From Eutreptiella sp. 'Long Island Sound 2002' (Eukaryota; Protista; Euglenida), in the NCBI GenBank assembly GCA_964036045.1, contig OZ038378.1, positions 15,438,001 through 15,502,000 of the forward strand: a stretch of DNA of 64,000 nt, given 5' to 3'. Shown piece after piece: positions 59,250-64,000 of the stretch. Within the stretch, counting starts at the first letter, position 1, and every line of letters starts with the position of its first letter. A program made the position numbers and the translations under genes. The notes below the pieces were generated by a model, which made no database searches, was not told the DNA's origin, and saw only the letters and a list, made by a program, of their open reading frames with translations.

Positions 59250-61700
59250 AGCGACACCCCATTAAGATATAGGCCATGGGAGAGTGGCTTCTCATTAATA
59301 GACCCCTTGCTCTGCTGATCAGCCTTTTTGGTTGCGCCAGAGTGAAGCCCAACCGATATGTATTGTGGCCTGGCCTGTTTCTTTAGGGTTGCTGGGTAGT
59401 TGATCTGGTCATTCGAGGGAACCTGCCATGCACAGGGGCAAAGTAGGAATGAGGTGTCCAGAGGCATCTTCTGGATTGTTTGATCGGAGAGGCACTAATA
59501 CTTGTCCAAGATGGGCATAGGCGGTCCTGCTGTGCCCTAGGGTACCCATTCATGCATCTGCACCCTGTGCTGAAGCAACTGCCCCAAGGTGTTGGCGTAT
59601 CCGCTGTTGTCCCCCGAAGGTTGATTTACTGGTGACGACCAGTCCAGACATGTACAAAGTATGCGCAGCAACAGGGTGCTTCGTTTCGACCACCAGCAAT
59701 GAATCTTTTTGCTATCAATTGCACAACTACCTCAGCAACGCAATTGTTGCACCAGAGTCCTATTTTGGGGGGAGCGTCAATAGCTTTGTTTCATGTGGTA
59801 CAGGTTGTGGGTTGCTGTCATTTTTATGACTGCGTTGTTGTGTCCATGCAACATTTTTATGTGTTGGATAGATATTTGACGCTGGTATTGGGTAAACGGC
59901 ACGCATGGATGGTTGGTGCAGGTGCGATGTGCATGCTTGGCGTGTACACACGGACCACAACAAAGAGCCGTGATCTCAATGCATCTTTCTCACTGTTAGT
60001 TTGTCACAATTTTCTTGGAAACGACAGTGAAATGTGGCCCTCCGCAGTTTTACCCACACCCCAATTGCTTTCTGTTGGTTAGTCAGTGTCTGCCCATCTG
60101 CCAGCAGCAATTTTGCATCATGTGCAGTTGGCAGAAAGTTCCAGGTGCTGTTGGAGCAAATGTGTTTTCCCAGCAGCACTACTTTGGTGAAGAGCTCGCA
60201 TACTTGCCATCATACTCAGCCACCCACGTACAATTTTTTTCACAAGGTTGTGCTTCGTGCATTTGGTGTTGGATAGCCCAGTGGAGCTGGGGGACGCTGG
60301 GTGTAGCTTGTCCAAGAAACTGTTTGGCATTGTTTTTTGTACTGTCTGCCCAATGATGCGGGATCAGCCCAGGAAATGGGTTGCAGGGAAAGGATGGAAC
60401 AGGTATTCGGAGGCATAATCCGTTGACATGACAAATGCTGGGTCTGAGTATGAATTCGCCCACCCACCACCCATTAAGGGCCTTGCTCCTGTGAGCGCCA
60501 ACAGCATGTATTCTTCCCTCCCCAAGAACCCTTGTACCAGGTCAGCACTGTGCTTGTGCTGGACAGTGTGGGTCAGAGTGTATGACCATTGAGAAATAAA
60601 GAGGCGGAGGTGGAGACGAAATAGCAAAGGTTGGAGAGGTTCTGTGAAAGAGCAGAAGCATAGCAGGGTGAAGTGCTGGTGTGGGTCTAGGATCATGCTA
60701 TGCTGGAGTAATTTTTGTGCATTGGTACGTGGGTGATCTTGAATACTGACAGTTGTGGGTCTCTTGAGAGTGAGGGTGGTGCCAAGCAGGTGGGGGTTTT
60801 TTTTTATTTTTTTTGATTTTTTTAGAACAATGCAGCCAAAGTGATTTGGGAGTTTAAGTGAGGGGTTGGGAAGTTGTGGAAAAATGGAGAATTGCTTGGT
60901 GCCTGATAAGGGTGTGATATGTGTTGTTGGTAGCTGGAAACAGATGGATCTCTCTGTCAGCATTGCCCACATCCGCTGGTCCATACTCTTCAGCCCCTGT
61001 TTTGGTCGATTTTTCTTGTTAGAACACCAAAATACGGTTGATTGTATTGCATGCTGCCATGGGGAACAAGAATAATAGGAAAGCAAAGAGAGTGTTGGTT
61101 TCAACATCAAGGTTGGGGGAATGCAAGTAAAACAATAGGTTTGCGGAGATCTGGGCACAAAGGCCCGTAGGGATACAAGGTTTGCCACCAACCTGCCCAC
61201 AAGATAACCGTTTAAATTTTTTGAGCATCCCAATGTTTGTAGGATTGCTTTTGAACAAAGATAGTCGATGAACAGCAATAATTTTGGATGTTACTGAGAA
61301 GTATCTCATTACATAGCCAAAAAGGTTCATACCAAAGAAAGGCAAACGGATTGCAAGCTGCAAGTGTAACGCACTCGCATGTAGCCATGAAAAAGTACGG
61401 CCCGCAGCAGGGAAGTTAGATCAAAACATTGAAGTCTCTGGATAGAAAATTATGTCAACAGGCAAGTACTGCATGAAACTGAGGAGTCTGGGCATTTAGC
61501 ATTTGCGTCCAAGGTTACTCAGCTCGGCAGAATGCAACAGACATGAGGCTCATGGAGAGCCACAAGCTGCTGCTAGGGGGGCCTTTTCAGCACAGCATGC
61601 ACGCAGCACTATTGCTTGAGCATGTAACCAAACCAAGTGTTTGTAGTTTGCACCGCATGTCAAACAAAGGATTAATTCAGTTCACCAATAGTTCTGAAAG
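59250..61700 (-). mobile_element. Decayed L1/Tx1-like non-LTR retrotransposon (RT end, post-RT region, zf-RVT-like motif)
   Basis: On the - strand, in the expected order: GPPSSSLWLSM (QG.PLS-like, about 61545-61590), QYLPVDIIFY (YADD-like, 61442-61473), YLVGRLVANLVSL (GR.L.N, about 61165-61205), RPKQGLKSMDQRMWAML (PK..GGL..D), EDASGHL/FLLCPCAWQV (E..HL..CP.A..V, about 59420-59475). Many frameshifts. Confidence 0.55.
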
Positions 61701-62723
61701 AGGGTTGTGCATGCAATGTTTTATGGTTTTCATTGATGCGGCAGAAAGAGATGCGACCGCCATGCACGGCGAAACAATCTTTTCAGGTTGGAGCGTGCAT
61801 TGCGTCAATTTATAGTGGCGAATGGGTCCGGGCCTCGACTGTCCAAAAACGTGGAGAACACAATTATAAAGCACAATGCAAGCGATGCAAGGATCAACTC
61901 ATCAGAGAAACATTGGCCAAATTGAGGCTGTACAGTAAGAAACAGTTTATCACAACAGAGGACAGCAGGATTGAATAAATCACAAGCGGCAAATGCATTG
62001 CGGCACATGTAAATTCATACACCTCAAAGACGCCACAAAAATGATGGCTTGGGGGTTGACCCCCCCCCCCCCGTGCGTGATTGCGACACGGACTGACAAT
62101 TTGATTTTTAAGACGACATCGTCCTTCAGAACAATTTTTTCGGTTTTTGCTGTATTTGACGATCCTTTTGTTATTTCCCATTGCCTTTTTTTATGGATGC
62201 CTAAAAAAACTCCGTCTTCTGTGTCCGCTGCTCCAAAGCTTCCTAAAGCTTCGGTAACGCAACCTAAAGCAGCTTCAGTTTCATCCAAGGTGTCAGATTC
62301 CCGTTCCATGTTGCATTCCAAAAAAAGTACACTCTCGCGGCGCTCACTTTCTGCCAGTATTCCAAGTGAGCTTGCCTCACGACCCGCTCATGCTGCCACT
62401 AACTCTTCACCTAATCCTTCTCTTCACCCATTTTCTCTACCAAACCTCAATTCCTCTACACACAATCTACCGCCCGACACTCCACCAAAAGTCCCCATTG
62501 CAAAGCAAGATAAGCCCTTTAGAGTACCGCAAGCTAGACACCCGAAACCAACCAAAAATACACATGCATATACTCCATCTCTTAGCCATGATGGCGCCAA
62601 AGATGGAACCTCGGTGTCTCATGAAGAACCACGCTCCCATGAGCTAAGATCAATCACAACCGCCAAATGAAGAGCCGGAGCACAAGGTGCCGTCCGAACC
62701 CGGCGGCATCCAATCGGTTGAAC

Positions 62724-63162
62724 TAAGGTTCGGAATTGGTTTCATGCAAAAATAACCAATTGTTTTCAATTATTTCTACAAAAATAACCAATTATTTCGA
62801 TTATAGGACATGAAAACAATCGGTTACTTTCAATTGTTGTCTCTACAAAATGCATTTATTGCCGAAAAGCCGTGATTTTTTACCTAAGGGATAGTAAACA
62901 GGAAAATAGAGGTGAAAGACATGCTAAACTTTTGACTTTTATCCCAAATTGCCTGTGATTTTGCAAAATCCTCTGGTTTTTGATAAGAAAGATTTCATGG
63001 TGTATCAACGAAATATTTCTTTTTCATACATAACTTGTCCGATTAATTGGTTTATACCAGTTTCCAAAATAATCAGTTTTACCGATTATTTGTCACATTA
63101 GACCCAATTAATCCAATTAATCCGATTATCCGATTAATTGGTAAAACCGATTCCGAACCTTA
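62724..63162. mobile_element. hAT-type MITE, 439 bp, with perfect 8-bp TSD
   Basis: TIR TAAGGTTCGGAATTGGTTT / AAACCGATTCCGAACCTTA. TSD GGTTGAAC at 62716-62723 and 63163-63170. AT-rich interior with subterminal CCGATTA(A/T) and ACCAATT motifs. Confidence 0.9.
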
Positions 63163-64000
63163 GGTTGAACCGCGTATGGTATCTCCACCCCTTCCTACAA
63201 TGTGTGGCCCGCTCGCTTTGCATACCTCTTTGCCGGACGATCACGGGCATCCCCACGCCTCACCATGACCCCCGGGCATGGGCGGGGGGTGACCGCTTGT
63301 GCTGATGCCATCTTGTCCATTTCTATTTTTCAAAACTTGCCACCATTGCTGACCGTCTTGTGCCCTAGCCCCTGACCCAGTGGGATTGGGGTTCAACACC
63401 TGTATGATGGGCTAGCCCTTTCTGATTGAGTGCGGAACATTCGGACAGCGATGCTGTGTTTCCAAAAAAAACAATGGCTTGGGGGTAGGGTCCATTTTAT
63501 AAAGCGTGTTTTACGTTCCAACTATGTTATCCACAACTTTGAAATGATCCAACAAGAACCGATTGGCCTGAATGGGTACCATCGAGAACATTAGTCCACC
63601 ACTAATGCAAAGGTTTTGAGGTACAATGCACACTCCTTTGGAGTGTCTCTCCGGTACGGCAATGGATATGTGACCAAAAACCACACCATTGAGTGTGGGA
63701 TTGGGATGGTGGTGGTTATGAACTTTGCAGCCCCAAGACGGGAAAAGATATGAAACCATGCCATTTCTTTGCGCTTTGAGGATCTGCATAATGCAAAAGT
63801 TATGTAGCTTATGTAGCCCTTCATATTGGGACACGCATGGTATGGTGCTTTGCGCACTTATCTTACCATAATATCATAGAGATCTATACTTTTTTGTCTT
63901 GCAGTGGGGCAGAGGCCTGGGTTATGCTGGTAGCAAAACGTGCATTTTTTTCTTTTCACAAAAAAGTAAATTGGTTGTGTTTTTGGCACTTCATTGAAAA

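Noticed and set aside
60364-61278. Intact 304-aa gene
   Set aside because: Recognisable motifs switch between frames, so it is best read as part of the decayed LINE.
61993-62670. 225-aa S/P/K-rich ORF as a gene
   Set aside because: Low complexity with no domain or supported splice structure; it cannot be supported from sequence alone.
1-64000. rRNA, spliced-leader RNA or snRNA genes
   Set aside because: No matching sequence noticed on reading either strand; a covariance-model search would be needed to exclude them formally.

Overview
Eukaryotic, intron-rich genomic DNA with TTAGGG-type telomere repeats and very many G/C homopolymer runs. The style suggests a euglenid or similar protist, but that is inference only. 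Three protein genes are well supported, all on the + strand. (1) About 4.7-19.1 kb: a polycystin-2/TRPP-family channel, with RNI-type LRR and ankyrin exons directly upstream that probably belong to the same gene; its 5' end is unresolved. (2) 28504-41961: a 9-exon IQANK1-like ankyrin protein. (3) 52644-55891: a complete 11-exon Mo25/CAB39 gene. Between and inside these genes lie a frameshifted, intron-containing Upf1-like SF1 helicase relic (20.2-21.3 kb), a DIRS-type N6-adenine methyltransferase (NPPF) fragment in an intron (31.3-31.5 kb) and a decayed L1/Tx1-like LINE (about 59.3-61.7 kb, - strand). There are also several TIR/TSD-bounded MITEs, one of which carries telomeric repeats, plus tRNA-like SINE heads, minisatellites and a near-perfect 384-bp tandem duplication. 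A few more multi-exon genes are possible at 42-52 kb but could not be identified. All family assignments come from motif recognition by eye, not from database searches.
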